Part shown: piece by piece, positions 15,413 to 23,920 of the stretch
How positions within the stretch are numbered: the first letter of the stretch is position 1
Layout: each line of letters starts with the position of its first letter
NCBI RefSeq assembly: GCF_003945235.1
Contig: NZ_RSDW01000001.1
Coordinates: 2,460,001 to 2,492,000, forward strand
Length of the DNA stretch: 32,000 bases
Direction of reading: 5' to 3'
Source of the DNA: Edaphobacter aggregans
Lineage (GTDB): Bacteria > Acidobacteriota > Terriglobia > Terriglobales > Acidobacteriaceae
The notes under the pieces: model-generated
Told to the model about the DNA's origin: nothing
The model's input: the letters and a program-made list of their open reading frames with translations, nothing else
The model's database searches: none
Made by a program: the position numbers and the translations under genes

Positions 15413-17869
15413 ATGCAGTCAATGCTCCAGGACCTTCGTTACGGACTGCGCCAACTGCGTAAATCGCCAGGTTTCACGTTAACGGCCGTGTTGACCTTGG
15501 CATTAGGCATAGGAGCAACGACAGCCCTCTTCAGCGTCGTCGACGGCGTGCTCCTCAAGCCCCTCGCCTATCGCGACAGCGGCCACCTGGTCGTCGTATG
15601 GGAGCGGGTTCGCTATATCGAAAAGCTCTTCCCCTACGTCGGAGCCAATGCCCGGCACGCCGACATCTGGCGTCGCCAGTCCACGGCCTTCACCGACCTC
15701 ACTCTCTTCCAGCAAGGTTCCACCGGCGTCAGCCTCGGCGTCGATCACCCTCGCCTCGTCGGCAGAATCACCGCCCAGCCGAACCTCCTCGATGTCCTCG
15801 GTGTCCAGCCCACTCTGGGCCGCAACTTCCTGCCGGAGGAAGCTGTGGAAGGACACGAGCAGGTCGCCATCATCAGCTGGCATCTCTGGCAAACCCTCTT
15901 CAACGGCGACAACGGCATCATCGGAAAGTCCGTTCAAATGGCCGGAACGCCATTCCAAATCGTAGGCGTCCTTCCTCAGAACTTTTACTTTCCCAAGTCG
16001 AACGAATTATCACCATCACCAGTGGCTCGCCAACTCCCCGACAGCGAGATCGTCACCCCTCTCGTGATTGATCCCACTAAAAACTACGGATGGAACAGCG
16101 ACTACGGCAACTACGTTGCATTCGGCCGCCTCAAGCCCGGCATATCGCTCGCCCAGGCCACGGAAAATCTCAACATCATCGCAGACGATATCGCCCGTCA
16201 GATTCCGCCCAATCAAATCGACGGCAACCCGCGCGGCGCGCTCGCCACCTACATCCAGCCGCTCAAAGAAGCCATCGTAGGCCCAACTGCGGCGCGTCTC
16301 TGGCTTCTTCTGGCCGCAGTATGCAGCGTTCTTCTCATCGCCTGCGTCAACCTGGCAAACGCCCAGCTCGCCCGGTTTGTGCATCGCGACCGCGAAGTAG
16401 CACTACGCTCTGCCCTCGGCGCATCTTCCGCACGACTCCTGCAAAGCGCTCTAGCCGAAGTCTGCCTTCTTTCCATCGTTGGCGGAACACTAGGAGTGGG
16501 ACTGGCTTTTGCCGCAGTCCATTGGTTCTCGAGCTTCGCGCAGACCGCGATTCCCCGGATGAACTCTATCTCGATCAACTTTGTCGTGCTCGCACTCTCT
16601 GTCCTGCTGACCGTCGGAGCATCCTTCATCTTTGGTGTACTTCCGGCCCTGCGTGTCCTCCACATCAAGCCCCAGCAGGCCCTGCAAGGACTTGGTCGCG
16701 CATCCGGATCTCGCCGAAGCAATCTATTGCGACGCTGGCTCGTCGGAGCGCAGGTGTTTTTCTGCACAACGTTATTGGTCGTCTCAGGACTCTTCGCCAA
16801 AAGCTTGATTCGTCTCTCGACATTCGACAAAGGCTTCTCGACCGACCACGTCGTTGCAGCGGATGTCGTCCTTCAAGGCAAGGCCTTCACGGAAAAAGCT
16901 CGCGCCACCTTCGACGACGGAGTTCTCGAAAAACTGCGTGCGATTCCCGGAGTGCAATCGGCATCCATAGTCAGCGCGATGCTGCTGGAGGGAGAGACCT
17001 GGCTCGATGGTATTTCGCCCACCGGCCAACCCGACCAGCGAAGCGCCATCGCCAACTATCGATTTATAGGCCCTGACTACTTCGCAACGTTGCAGGAACG
17101 AGTCATCGAAGGCCGCGCCCTCAACGACCACGACCGCGGAACCAAAAATGCAGTGATCTCGGAAACCACAGCCAGGGCGGTATGGCCGAATCAGGATCCG
17201 GTCGGCCGCCAGTTCACCCACAACGGACAAGCCACGACTATAGTTGGCATCGTCGCTGACGCACACAATAACTCGCTACGATCCGCACCGGTCAACATGG
17301 TCTATCTGCCCTATTGGGACGACCCTCCCAGGAGCGCCTACTTCCTCGTGCGGGGTTCGCAAGATCCATCCCTTCTCATAGGAGCTGTGCGCACCGCTAT
17401 CTGGAACTACAATCCCGACGTCACAATCGCCCGCGTTCATACTCTGGATTCGCAGGTAAGCGATTCGCTCGCACCCGAACATCTCCAGACCACCATCTTC
17501 GTTGCATTTGGCGCAGCCGCGCTTCTCCTTGCCCTTCTCGGCATCTACGGAACGTTGAGCTACTCCGTCGAAGCCCGCACGCAGGAAGTAGGCATTCGCA
17601 TGGCCTTAGGAGCAACACGCCAGAGCGTCTATCGGCTGATGCTGGGAACGATCGTTGCGCCAGTCCTCACCGGCCTTGCTCTGGGCTGGATCGCGAGCCT
17701 CAGCATCGGCAAAAGCCTCGCAGCGCTGCTCTATGGAACATCCCCCAGCGATATATCTGTGGTTCTACCCGTAATCGGCATCTTCGCCGTCGCCGCCGGA
17801 GCCGCAACATTCCTGCCGTGCAAACGCGCAGCCGCAATTGAGCCCATGGAAGCCCTCCGAACGGACTAA
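15413..17869 (+). CDS. ADOP-family ABC transporter permease (MacB-like periplasmic domain plus FtsX, duplicated)
   Basis: GAGGAG precedes ATG 15413. The N-terminal [38 protein letters not shown] is the signature of TIGR03434 (Acidobacterial duplicated orphan permease). There are two FtsX-like 4-TM halves. No ATPase gene is adjacent. Confidence 0.85.
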   Translation: MQSMLQDLRYGLRQLRKSPGFTLTAVLTLALGIGATTALFSVVDGVLLKPLAYRDSGHLVVVWERVRYIEKLFPYVGANARHADIWRRQSTAFTDLTLFQQGSTGVSLGVDHPRLVGRITAQPNLLDVLGVQPTLGRNFLPEEAVEGHEQVAIISWHLWQTLFNGDNGIIGKSVQMAGTPFQIVGVLPQNFYFPKSNELSPSPVARQLPDSEIVTPLVIDPTKNYGWNSDYGNYVAFGRLKPGISLAQATENLNIIADDIARQIPPNQIDGNPRGALATYIQPLKEAIVGPTAARLWLLLAAVCSVLLIACVNLANAQLARFVHRDREVALRSALGASSARLLQSALAEVCLLSIVGGTLGVGLAFAAVHWFSSFAQTAIPRMNSISINFVVLALSVLLTVGASFIFGVLPALRVLHIKPQQALQGLGRASGSRRSNLLRRWLVGAQVFFCTTLLVVSGLFAKSLIRLSTFDKGFSTDHVVAADVVLQGKAFTEKARATFDDGVLEKLRAIPGVQSASIVSAMLLEGETWLDGISPTGQPDQRSAIANYRFIGPDYFATLQERVIEGRALNDHDRGTKNAVISETTARAVWPNQDPVGRQFTHNGQATTIVGIVADAHNNSLRSAPVNMVYLPYWDDPPRSAYFLVRGSQDPSLLIGAVRTAIWNYNPDVTIARVHTLDSQVSDSLAPEHLQTTIFVAFGAAALLLALLGIYGTLSYSVEARTQEVGIRMALGATRQSVYRLMLGTIVAPVLTGLALGWIASLSIGKSLAALLYGTSPSDISVVLPVIGIFAVAAGAATFLPCKRAAAIEPMEALRTD

Positions 17870-17911
17870 AGGAACTCTCGGAAAACGGTGTAAAGACCGA
17901 AGAGCAACCCA

Positions 17912-18190
17912 TCAATCAGCCGTATGGGCCTTGATGTAATTCCTCAGCGCAAGATTTGTATCCATGGCCTTCTGTACTCCGTTGTCCATCATCCGCAACC
18001 AGGCCGATGCTGGCTCCTTCTGCTCTGTCATGCTCAGCAGATAGCTGGTTTGCACAATGATCTCCAGCGCATTGCTTAGCTCATGCGCCAGCTTGCGAAT
18101 CTCGACAGCAATATCTTCGGGGATACATTCGGCATCAGCTGGCGCCTGTGGTTTGTTCGTAGAGTCTGTCATCATTGGGTCATTTCGCAT
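17912..18190 (-). CDS. Small protein with HisKA-like H-box (free-standing DHp-like helical hairpin)
   Basis: 92 aa. EIRKLAHELSNALEIIVQTSYLL resembles the H-box and helix 1 of histidine kinases. A second predicted helix follows (WLRMMDNGVQKAMDTNLALRNYIKAH). There is no ATPase domain. The start is uncertain (18190, 18175 or 18172). Confidence 0.55.
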   Translation of the reverse strand: MRNDPMMTDSTNKPQAPADAECIPEDIAVEIRKLAHELSNALEIIVQTSYLLSMTEQKEPASAWLRMMDNGVQKAMDTNLALRNYIKAHTAD

Positions 18191-18321
18191 ATCTCGAAGG
18201 TAGACGTGCTCGAACGCAGATAAGTCTACGCAGCCTGCGCCAGAATTGACAGCGCACGCCAGCTTTGAAACACTAAAGACTCGCGGTTAGCGTGTCCGGC
18301 CTTGGCCGACGCGACCACCGT

Positions 18322-18408
18322 GCCGTAGTGGCGGAATTGGCAGACGCGCATGGTTCAGGTCCATGTACTCGCAAGGGTGTGGGGGTTCGAGTCCCCCCTT
18401 CGGCACCA
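18322..18408 (+). tRNA. tRNA-Leu (anticodon CAG), class II with long variable arm, CCA encoded
   Basis: The acceptor is GCCGTAG/CTTCGGC, with one U5-U68 mismatch. The D arm is GCG-GAATTGGCAGA-CGC. The anticodon arm is CATGG-TTCAGGT-CCATG. The T arm is GGGGG-TTCGAGT-CCCCC, followed by ACCA. Confidence 0.9.
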
Positions 18409-18418
18409 AAGTTCAAAA

Positions 18419-18447
18419 GGAGCACTCTTTAGAGTGCTCCTTTTTTT
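18419..18447 (+). terminator. Intrinsic terminator after tRNA-Leu
   Basis: GGAGCACTC-TTTA-GAGTGCTCC is followed by TTTTTTT. Confidence 0.85.
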
Positions 18448-18468
18448 CGCTCGCCGTAGAATGGCTAT

Positions 18469-19272
18469 ATGCCGACCCAGCTCGACCAGATCCTCGCGCA
18501 TACCCACCTCCAGGTAAACTCCCGTAAGGCCGCCGCCGACTACGGTGAGCTAGAGCGCAGAGCCGCCCTCCACACTCCCCGCGGATTCACCGCAGCCCTC
18601 CGCGCCGCCGCCGAAAAAGGCCCCGCAATCATCTCCGAAATCAAGAAGGCCTCCCCCTCCAAAGGCCTCATCCGCAAGGATTTCTACCCAGCAGACCTTG
18701 CCCGCGGCTTTGAATCCCACGGCGCCGCGGCCCTCTCCGTCCTAACCAACGAGGAATTCTTCCAGGGCTCCCTCGACGATCTCCTCGCCGCCTCCGCTCA
18801 GGTCCGCATCCCCTGTCTTCGCAAGGACTTCATCCTCGACCCCTTCCAGATCCTCGAAGCCCGAGCCGCCCACGCCGACGCCATCCTCCTCATCGTCTCT
18901 GCCCACACCGACGCCACCCTCAGTGATCTCCGAGACGAAGCCCACAGCCTTGGCCTGGACGTCCTCTGCGAGACCCACGACCGTCAGGAGCTCCAGCGCG
19001 CCATCGACCTCGGCTTCGACCTCATCGGCGTCAACAGCCGCGACCTCCGCACCTTCACCGTACGTCCCGAAGTTTTTCTGGAACTCGCCCCTTGGATGCC
19101 TCGCCAGGCCGTCATGGTCGCCGAAAGCGGCCTCCGAACCTCCGACGATCTCGTCAAACTTCGCGGCGTGGGCTACAACGCCTTCCTCATTGGCGAAACA
19201 CTCATGCGCCAGCCCGATCCAGCCGCCGCCCTCGCCCTCCTCCTCGATCGCGAGTACTCCAAAGAACACTAA
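18469..19272 (+). CDS. trpC: Indole-3-glycerol phosphate synthase
   Basis: It has IISEIKKASPSKGLIR, CLRKDFILDPFQILEARAAHADAILLI and LIGVNSRDLRTF, which are TrpC motifs. Confidence 0.9.
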   Translation: MPTQLDQILAHTHLQVNSRKAAADYGELERRAALHTPRGFTAALRAAAEKGPAIISEIKKASPSKGLIRKDFYPADLARGFESHGAAALSVLTNEEFFQGSLDDLLAASAQVRIPCLRKDFILDPFQILEARAAHADAILLIVSAHTDATLSDLRDEAHSLGLDVLCETHDRQELQRAIDLGFDLIGVNSRDLRTFTVRPEVFLELAPWMPRQAVMVAESGLRTSDDLVKLRGVGYNAFLIGETLMRQPDPAAALALLLDREYSKEH

Positions 19273-19274
19273 CC

Positions 19275-19964
19275 ATGTGGATCAAAATCTGCGGCAACAC
19301 CAATCTCAATGACGCCCAACTAGCCGCCGAGCTAGGCGCCAACGCGCTGGGCTTCATCTTCGCCGAAAGCAAGCGTCAGGTCACCGCCGCCGAGGTCGCC
19401 CGCATCACTCCCCACCTGCCGCAACACATCGAGCGCGTAGGCGTCTTCGACTCCCACAACGCCGACCAGATCGCCGCCATCACACGCGCAGCCGACCTCA
19501 CCGCCATCCAACTCCACGGCGGAGTCGATCAGCAACTGATCCATCGCCTGAACGAAATCTTCGAAGATCGAGTGAAACTCATCCAGACCATCCACTGGAC
19601 AATCGAATCCAAAGACAGCGCCGCAACCGTAGCCTCACAGCTCAAGGAAATACATCGCGCAGCCATAGTGGGAAGAGTCCTCATCGACTCAAAAGTAGGT
19701 CAGGCAGGCGGCGGAACCGGCGTAAGCTACGACTGGAAAGCAGCCAAAGCCGTCCTCACAGAAAACGCCAGCGGCCTCAGCATTATCGTCGCAGGAGGCT
19801 TGGGCCCGGACAACGTCGCCGAAGCCATTCACGGCCTCACACCCTGGGGAGTAGATGTGTCGAGTGGGGTGGAGAGAGAACCAAGGGAGAAAGATTCAGC
19901 AAAACTCGCCGCCTTCATCAAAAACGCCCGGCAAGCAAGCCAGCAAAACCAGCGCACATCCTAG
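19275..19964 (+). CDS. trpF: N-(5'-phosphoribosyl)anthranilate isomerase
   Basis: The start MWIKICGNTNLNDAQLAAELGANALGFIF lies 2 nt after the trpC stop. ...VAGGLGPDNVAEAI...PWGVDVSSGVE is also present. The upstream part of the track ORF (from 19092) overlaps trpC and is rejected. Confidence 0.9.
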   Translation: MWIKICGNTNLNDAQLAAELGANALGFIFAESKRQVTAAEVARITPHLPQHIERVGVFDSHNADQIAAITRAADLTAIQLHGGVDQQLIHRLNEIFEDRVKLIQTIHWTIESKDSAATVASQLKEIHRAAIVGRVLIDSKVGQAGGGTGVSYDWKAAKAVLTENASGLSIIVAGGLGPDNVAEAIHGLTPWGVDVSSGVEREPREKDSAKLAAFIKNARQASQQNQRTS

Positions 19965-20113
19965 TGGTGCGGCGCAACCTCATGCACATGCGCCCTGGGG
20001 ACGCGGCTACGAACTACCTGCGGCCGCATATGAGCTCCACTCGTCGTCGGCCGTGCAAAAGCCAACGCTGGAGCAAGCATAAGCGACATCGCGATCAAAG
20101 CTTTTAATCTCAT
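19961..20113 (-). CDS. Possible small secreted His-rich peptide (50 aa), hypothetical
   Basis: GAAGGG SD-N7-ATG opens MRLKALIAMSLMLAPALAFA|RPTTSGAHMRPQVVRSRVPRAHVHEVAPHH*. It has a signal-peptide-like N-terminus. Its stop overlaps the trpF stop by 4 nt. It uses rare-looking codons (AGA, TTA), so coding status is uncertain. Confidence 0.3.
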   Translation of the reverse strand: MRLKALIAMSLMLAPALAFARPTTSGAHMRPQVVRSRVPRAHVHEVAPHH

Positions 20114-20309
20114 AATGGGCCCTTCTGCTACCTACATCTATAGGACGCGCAGAACCACCACGCGGATTCATTTTTGCCGCCGACCTCTACCCCGAAAAGC
20201 AGCCAGAATCCATCCCCAAAACGGGGCATACCAAGGCAGTATGACCCAAAACCCTTTTCCTGTCACCCAAATCCACAGCCGGGGACCCCAATCGTAAACG
20301 GCAGCCCAA

Positions 20310-22463
20310 TCAGGGCTGATCCACCTTCATCCCTAATTCCTTCACCAGGAACGCATACTGATCCACAGCCAACTCCACCCGCTTGCTCAGCGGCATTCCA
20401 CCCCCATGCCCGGCCCGCGTCTCCACACGAATCAGCACTGGATTAGGCCCCACCTGAGCCGCCTGCATCGCCGCAGCAAACTTGAAGCTGTGCGCCGGGA
20501 ACACCCGGTCATCATGATCCGCAGTCGTAATCAGCGTAGGAGGATACGCAACCCCGGCCTTCACGTTATGCAGCGGCGAGTACTTATAAATCGCCGCAAA
20601 CTCCTCCGCATTCTCCGACGGAGCCCCATAGTCCGCCTTCCACGCCCACCCAATCGTGAACTTATCGAACCGCAGCATATCCATCACACCCACCGCAGCT
20701 AGCACCGCACCAAACAACTCAGGCCGCTGAATCTCACTAGCCCCCACCAGCAGCCCGCCGTTGCTCCCACCCGAGATCGCCAGCTTCGGCGTAGACGTGT
20801 ACTTGTTCGCAATCAACCACTCCGCTGCGCCAATAAAGTCATCGAACACATTCTGCTTCTTCAGCTTCATGCCACCCTGATGCCAATCCTCGCCATACTC
20901 TCCGCCACCCCTCAAACTAGGCTGCACATACACTCCACCCATCTCCATCCACAACACATGCGACGCCGAAAACTCCGGCAGCAGCGAGATGTTGAACCCA
21001 CCGTACCCATACAGCAGCGTAGGATTCGTCCCATCCAGCTTCAGCCCTTTCTTGTAGCTCAAAAACATCGGCACCTTCGTCCCATCCTTGCTCGTATAAA
21101 ACACCTGCTTCGTCTCATACAACGCAGGATCGAACTTCAACTTCGGTTGCCGATAAAGCGAAGTCTTCCCCGTCTTCATATCCAGCCGATAGATCGTTCC
21201 CGGCGTCGTAAAGTTCGTGAACTGGAAGAACGTCTCCTTATCCTCACGCTTGCCGCCAAACCCCGCCGCAGTCCCAATCGACGGCAGAGTCATCCGCTCC
21301 ATCAGCTTCCCATCACGCGAATGAAACTCCACCAGACTCTGCGCATCGGCCAGATAGTTCGCGATCAGCGTGTCATGAACCATCGACACACCGTCCAGCT
21401 TGTTCTTCGTCTCGGGAATCACTGTCTTCCAATCCGCTCGCTCCGGATGCTTCAGATCAATCGCGATCACCTTCCCATTGGGAGCATCCAGCGTCGTATG
21501 CACCCAGAACAACGTGCCGTCGTTATCGATTGGCTGGTACACAGCATCCGCCACCGTCACCAACTTGATCACAGCCGCATCTGGATGCTCCAGGTCCTTC
21601 ACCCACAACTCATTATTCGGACTAGTCCCCTTCGTCATATAAAGCAGCAGATATCGCCCGTCATCCGTCACCTGAGCCCCAACGTTCAGCTCCTTGTCAT
21701 CCGGACGATCGAAGACCAGCTTGTCCTCACTCTGCTTCGTCCCCAGCTTGTGAAAGAAGACCTTGTGATAGTAGTTCGCCGCCTTCAGAGCATCCGCCTT
21801 AGGAGCGTCATACCCCTCATAGAAGAACCCGCTCCCATCCTTCAGCCACGCCGCCCCGCTGAACTTCGACCACTCGACCAAATCAGGCAGATCCTTACCC
21901 GTCGAAACATCCCGCACATGCCACTTAACCCAATCGCTGCCCGCATCGGCAATCGAGTAAGCCGCCAGCTTCCCATCATCCGTAATGCTCAATCCACTGA
22001 TCGCCACCGTCCCATCAGCCGACATCGTATTCGGATCCAGCAGCACCTTCGACTCGCCCGTCAGCCCTTCCTGCCAGTAGATGACGTTCTGGTTCTGCAA
22101 CCCCTCATTGTGCGAGTAGAAGTACCGCGTTCCCCGACGCGCAGGAGCCGTATACCGCTCAAAGTTCGTCAGCTCCATCAATCGGCTGAGCATCTTCTCG
22201 CGGCTAGGCACCGTCGCAAGATACTGCTGTGTCAGCACGTTCTCCGCATCCACCCATTGCTTCACCTCGGCCGAGTCCACATCCTCCATCCACCGGTAAG
22301 GATCTCTCACCTTCGTCCCGAAGTAGTCATCCACCTGCTCTACCGTGTGGGCCTTGGGATACTCAGGCCTGGCGCCCTTATCGCCGGACGCGCCAGCAGC
22401 ATGAGACATCGTTAAATCGGTGGAAAGCAGTGCAGCAGCAAGTATCGGTTTCATCAGTCGCAT
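20310..22463 (-). CDS. Prolyl oligopeptidase (S9A family), secreted
   Basis: 717 aa with a signal peptide (MRLMKPILAAALLSTDLTMSHAAGA). It has DPYRWMED, the beta-propeller region, the catalytic GGSNGGLL and the ...TRAGHGGG motifs. Confidence 0.9.
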   Translation of the reverse strand: MRLMKPILAAALLSTDLTMSHAAGASGDKGARPEYPKAHTVEQVDDYFGTKVRDPYRWMEDVDSAEVKQWVDAENVLTQQYLATVPSREKMLSRLMELTNFERYTAPARRGTRYFYSHNEGLQNQNVIYWQEGLTGESKVLLDPNTMSADGTVAISGLSITDDGKLAAYSIADAGSDWVKWHVRDVSTGKDLPDLVEWSKFSGAAWLKDGSGFFYEGYDAPKADALKAANYYHKVFFHKLGTKQSEDKLVFDRPDDKELNVGAQVTDDGRYLLLYMTKGTSPNNELWVKDLEHPDAAVIKLVTVADAVYQPIDNDGTLFWVHTTLDAPNGKVIAIDLKHPERADWKTVIPETKNKLDGVSMVHDTLIANYLADAQSLVEFHSRDGKLMERMTLPSIGTAAGFGGKREDKETFFQFTNFTTPGTIYRLDMKTGKTSLYRQPKLKFDPALYETKQVFYTSKDGTKVPMFLSYKKGLKLDGTNPTLLYGYGGFNISLLPEFSASHVLWMEMGGVYVQPSLRGGGEYGEDWHQGGMKLKKQNVFDDFIGAAEWLIANKYTSTPKLAISGGSNGGLLVGASEIQRPELFGAVLAAVGVMDMLRFDKFTIGWAWKADYGAPSENAEEFAAIYKYSPLHNVKAGVAYPPTLITTADHDDRVFPAHSFKFAAAMQAAQVGPNPVLIRVETRAGHGGGMPLSKRVELAVDQYAFLVKELGMKVDQP

Positions 22464-22621
22464 TCTCTCAGTACTCCGGCAGAAGAGTACTTACTCCCGC
22501 CGCTACGAGAATATCGTGAATTGCGCACTGTCATCTTGCGAACCTCCGCGAGAAGGGCTATAACAATCCCCTCTTCCAATGGGCCCCTCACAACAAATTT
22601 GAAATCCGAAGGAGTGCTGTT

Positions 22622-23437
22622 ATGGCCAAATCGAAAAAGGCCTCAAAGAAACATACTGTCACATCCCCGGCGCTCTCAACCCGCAAGGTCGAGAGATTCG
22701 GCTGGGTTCCTGACCTTCCCGATCAACGCGACTTCCTCTACGCCGCACCCGCGCCGTATCAGGCCAATACCCCAAAGAGCGTCGATCTCCGCAAACAATG
22801 CCCCCCTGTTTACGATCAGGGCCAACTCGGTAGTTGCACCGCCAACGCCATCGCCGCAGCCATTGAGTTCGATCAGATAAAAGCCAGCCTGACCGAATTC
22901 ACGCCATCGCGCCTCTTCATCTACTACAACGAGCGCTCCATGGAAGGCACCATCAACTCCGACGCAGGCGCACAGATCCGCGACGGCATCAAGAGCGTCG
23001 CGACCTTGGGTGCTCCCCCCGAATCCGACTGGCCGTACAACATCGCAAAGTTCACCCAGAAGCCGCCGAACGCCGCCTACACCGATGCCAAACAGCATCT
23101 CGTCGTCCTCTATCAGCGACTCATTCAGGAACTCAACACACTCAAAGGCTGCCTTGCCTCTGGTTTCCCCTTTGTGTTCGGCTTCACCTGCTACGAATCC
23201 TTCGAGAGTAAGGCTGTAGCCAAATCCGGTATTCTCCCCATGCCCGGATCCGGCGAAAAAGTCGTAGGTGGTCACGCAGTCGTCTGCGTCGGTTACGACG
23301 ATGCCTCCCGCATGTTCTGGGTCCGCAACTCCTGGGGCAAGAGCTGGGGTGTCAAAGGCTACTTCAAGATGCCCTACTCCTACCTCACCAACCCGCGCCT
23401 GGCCTCGGACCTCTGGACCATCCGCAGCGTGCAGTAG
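22622..23437 (+). CDS. Papain-family (C1) cysteine peptidase, no obvious signal peptide or prodomain
   Basis: AAGGAG SD. It has the catalytic QGQLGSCTANA (Gln/Cys), GGHAVVCVGYDD (His) and VRNSWGKSWG (Asn/Trp). The N-terminus MAKSKKASKKH is Lys-rich and not hydrophobic. Confidence 0.85.
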   Translation: MAKSKKASKKHTVTSPALSTRKVERFGWVPDLPDQRDFLYAAPAPYQANTPKSVDLRKQCPPVYDQGQLGSCTANAIAAAIEFDQIKASLTEFTPSRLFIYYNERSMEGTINSDAGAQIRDGIKSVATLGAPPESDWPYNIAKFTQKPPNAAYTDAKQHLVVLYQRLIQELNTLKGCLASGFPFVFGFTCYESFESKAVAKSGILPMPGSGEKVVGGHAVVCVGYDDASRMFWVRNSWGKSWGVKGYFKMPYSYLTNPRLASDLWTIRSVQ

Positions 23438-23440
23438 CCA

Positions 23441-23872
23441 TCACCCCTTCATCACAGCGACCGGGAACGACGCTGTCTTCCCGGTCGAGCTTTTCTCCCA
23501 CGCACGCACCGACTCAAACCGCAGCTCGCACCGTCCCTCAGCCTTCGCTGCAAACACCCACACCCTCTCTCCACCAGCACCCGGCACGCCCGAACCCGGC
23601 TTCGCCTCATCGTCCTCGACAGCAAGAATCCCCGCACAATCCCCACCCACCTGCCATCGATACCCCGTAGTCCTGTTTTCCGGCAAAGTAATCCGAACCC
23701 GCTCCCCAACCTGCATCGTGACAGGCCGACCCGCCGCCGCTTCATCCAGCTCAATCATCGCCGCACCTCGCGTGCATCCCTGCACCGCGCCCAACGCAAG
23801 CACGCCTAAGAAGGTCGCTCCCGCAAACCCGCTCCACCATCCGGTCGCACCAGAATGATAGTCCACACTCAC
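23441..23872 (-). CDS. Chagasin-family cysteine-peptidase inhibitor (MEROPS I42), with N-terminal hydrophobic anchor/signal
   Basis: It carries the three chagasin loop motifs: ENRTTGYRW (NPTTG-like), GVPGAGGERVW (GxGG) and VRAWE (RPW-like). The N-terminal WWSGFAGATFLGVLALGAVQGC is hydrophobic. The start is uncertain: GTG 23872 or 23866 after GGAG, while the track uses TTG 23896. Confidence 0.8.
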   Translation of the reverse strand: MSVDYHSGATGWWSGFAGATFLGVLALGAVQGCTRGAAMIELDEAAAGRPVTMQVGERVRITLPENRTTGYRWQVGGDCAGILAVEDDEAKPGSGVPGAGGERVWVFAAKAEGRCELRFESVRAWEKSSTGKTASFPVAVMKG

Positions 23873-23920
23873 AGCGCTCCATATCCTTCGTTCCAAACTT
23901 ATGTCATCCTGACCGAAGTG

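Noticed and set aside
16090-17076. A 328-aa Arg/Ser/Pro-rich ORF, plus other ORFs inside 15362-17869
   Set aside because: They are alternate frames or the antisense strand of the ADOP permease, which has clear family signatures.
18246-18279. A perfect TTGACA upstream of tRNA-Leu as its promoter
   Set aside because: No acceptable -10 hexamer lies at 16-19 nt spacing; the best TAAAGA is at 22 nt. I therefore do not call a promoter, although one must exist nearby.
19965-20309. Expected trpB/trpA after trpC-trpF and looked for them
   Set aside because: They are not present. The interval holds only short ORFs, and dispersed trp genes are common, so this is not reported as unusual.
20880-22415. 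A 511-aa plus-strand ORF rich in Arg/Leu/His/Pro
   Set aside because: It is entirely antisense to the well-supported prolyl oligopeptidase gene and is a typical high-GC shadow ORF.
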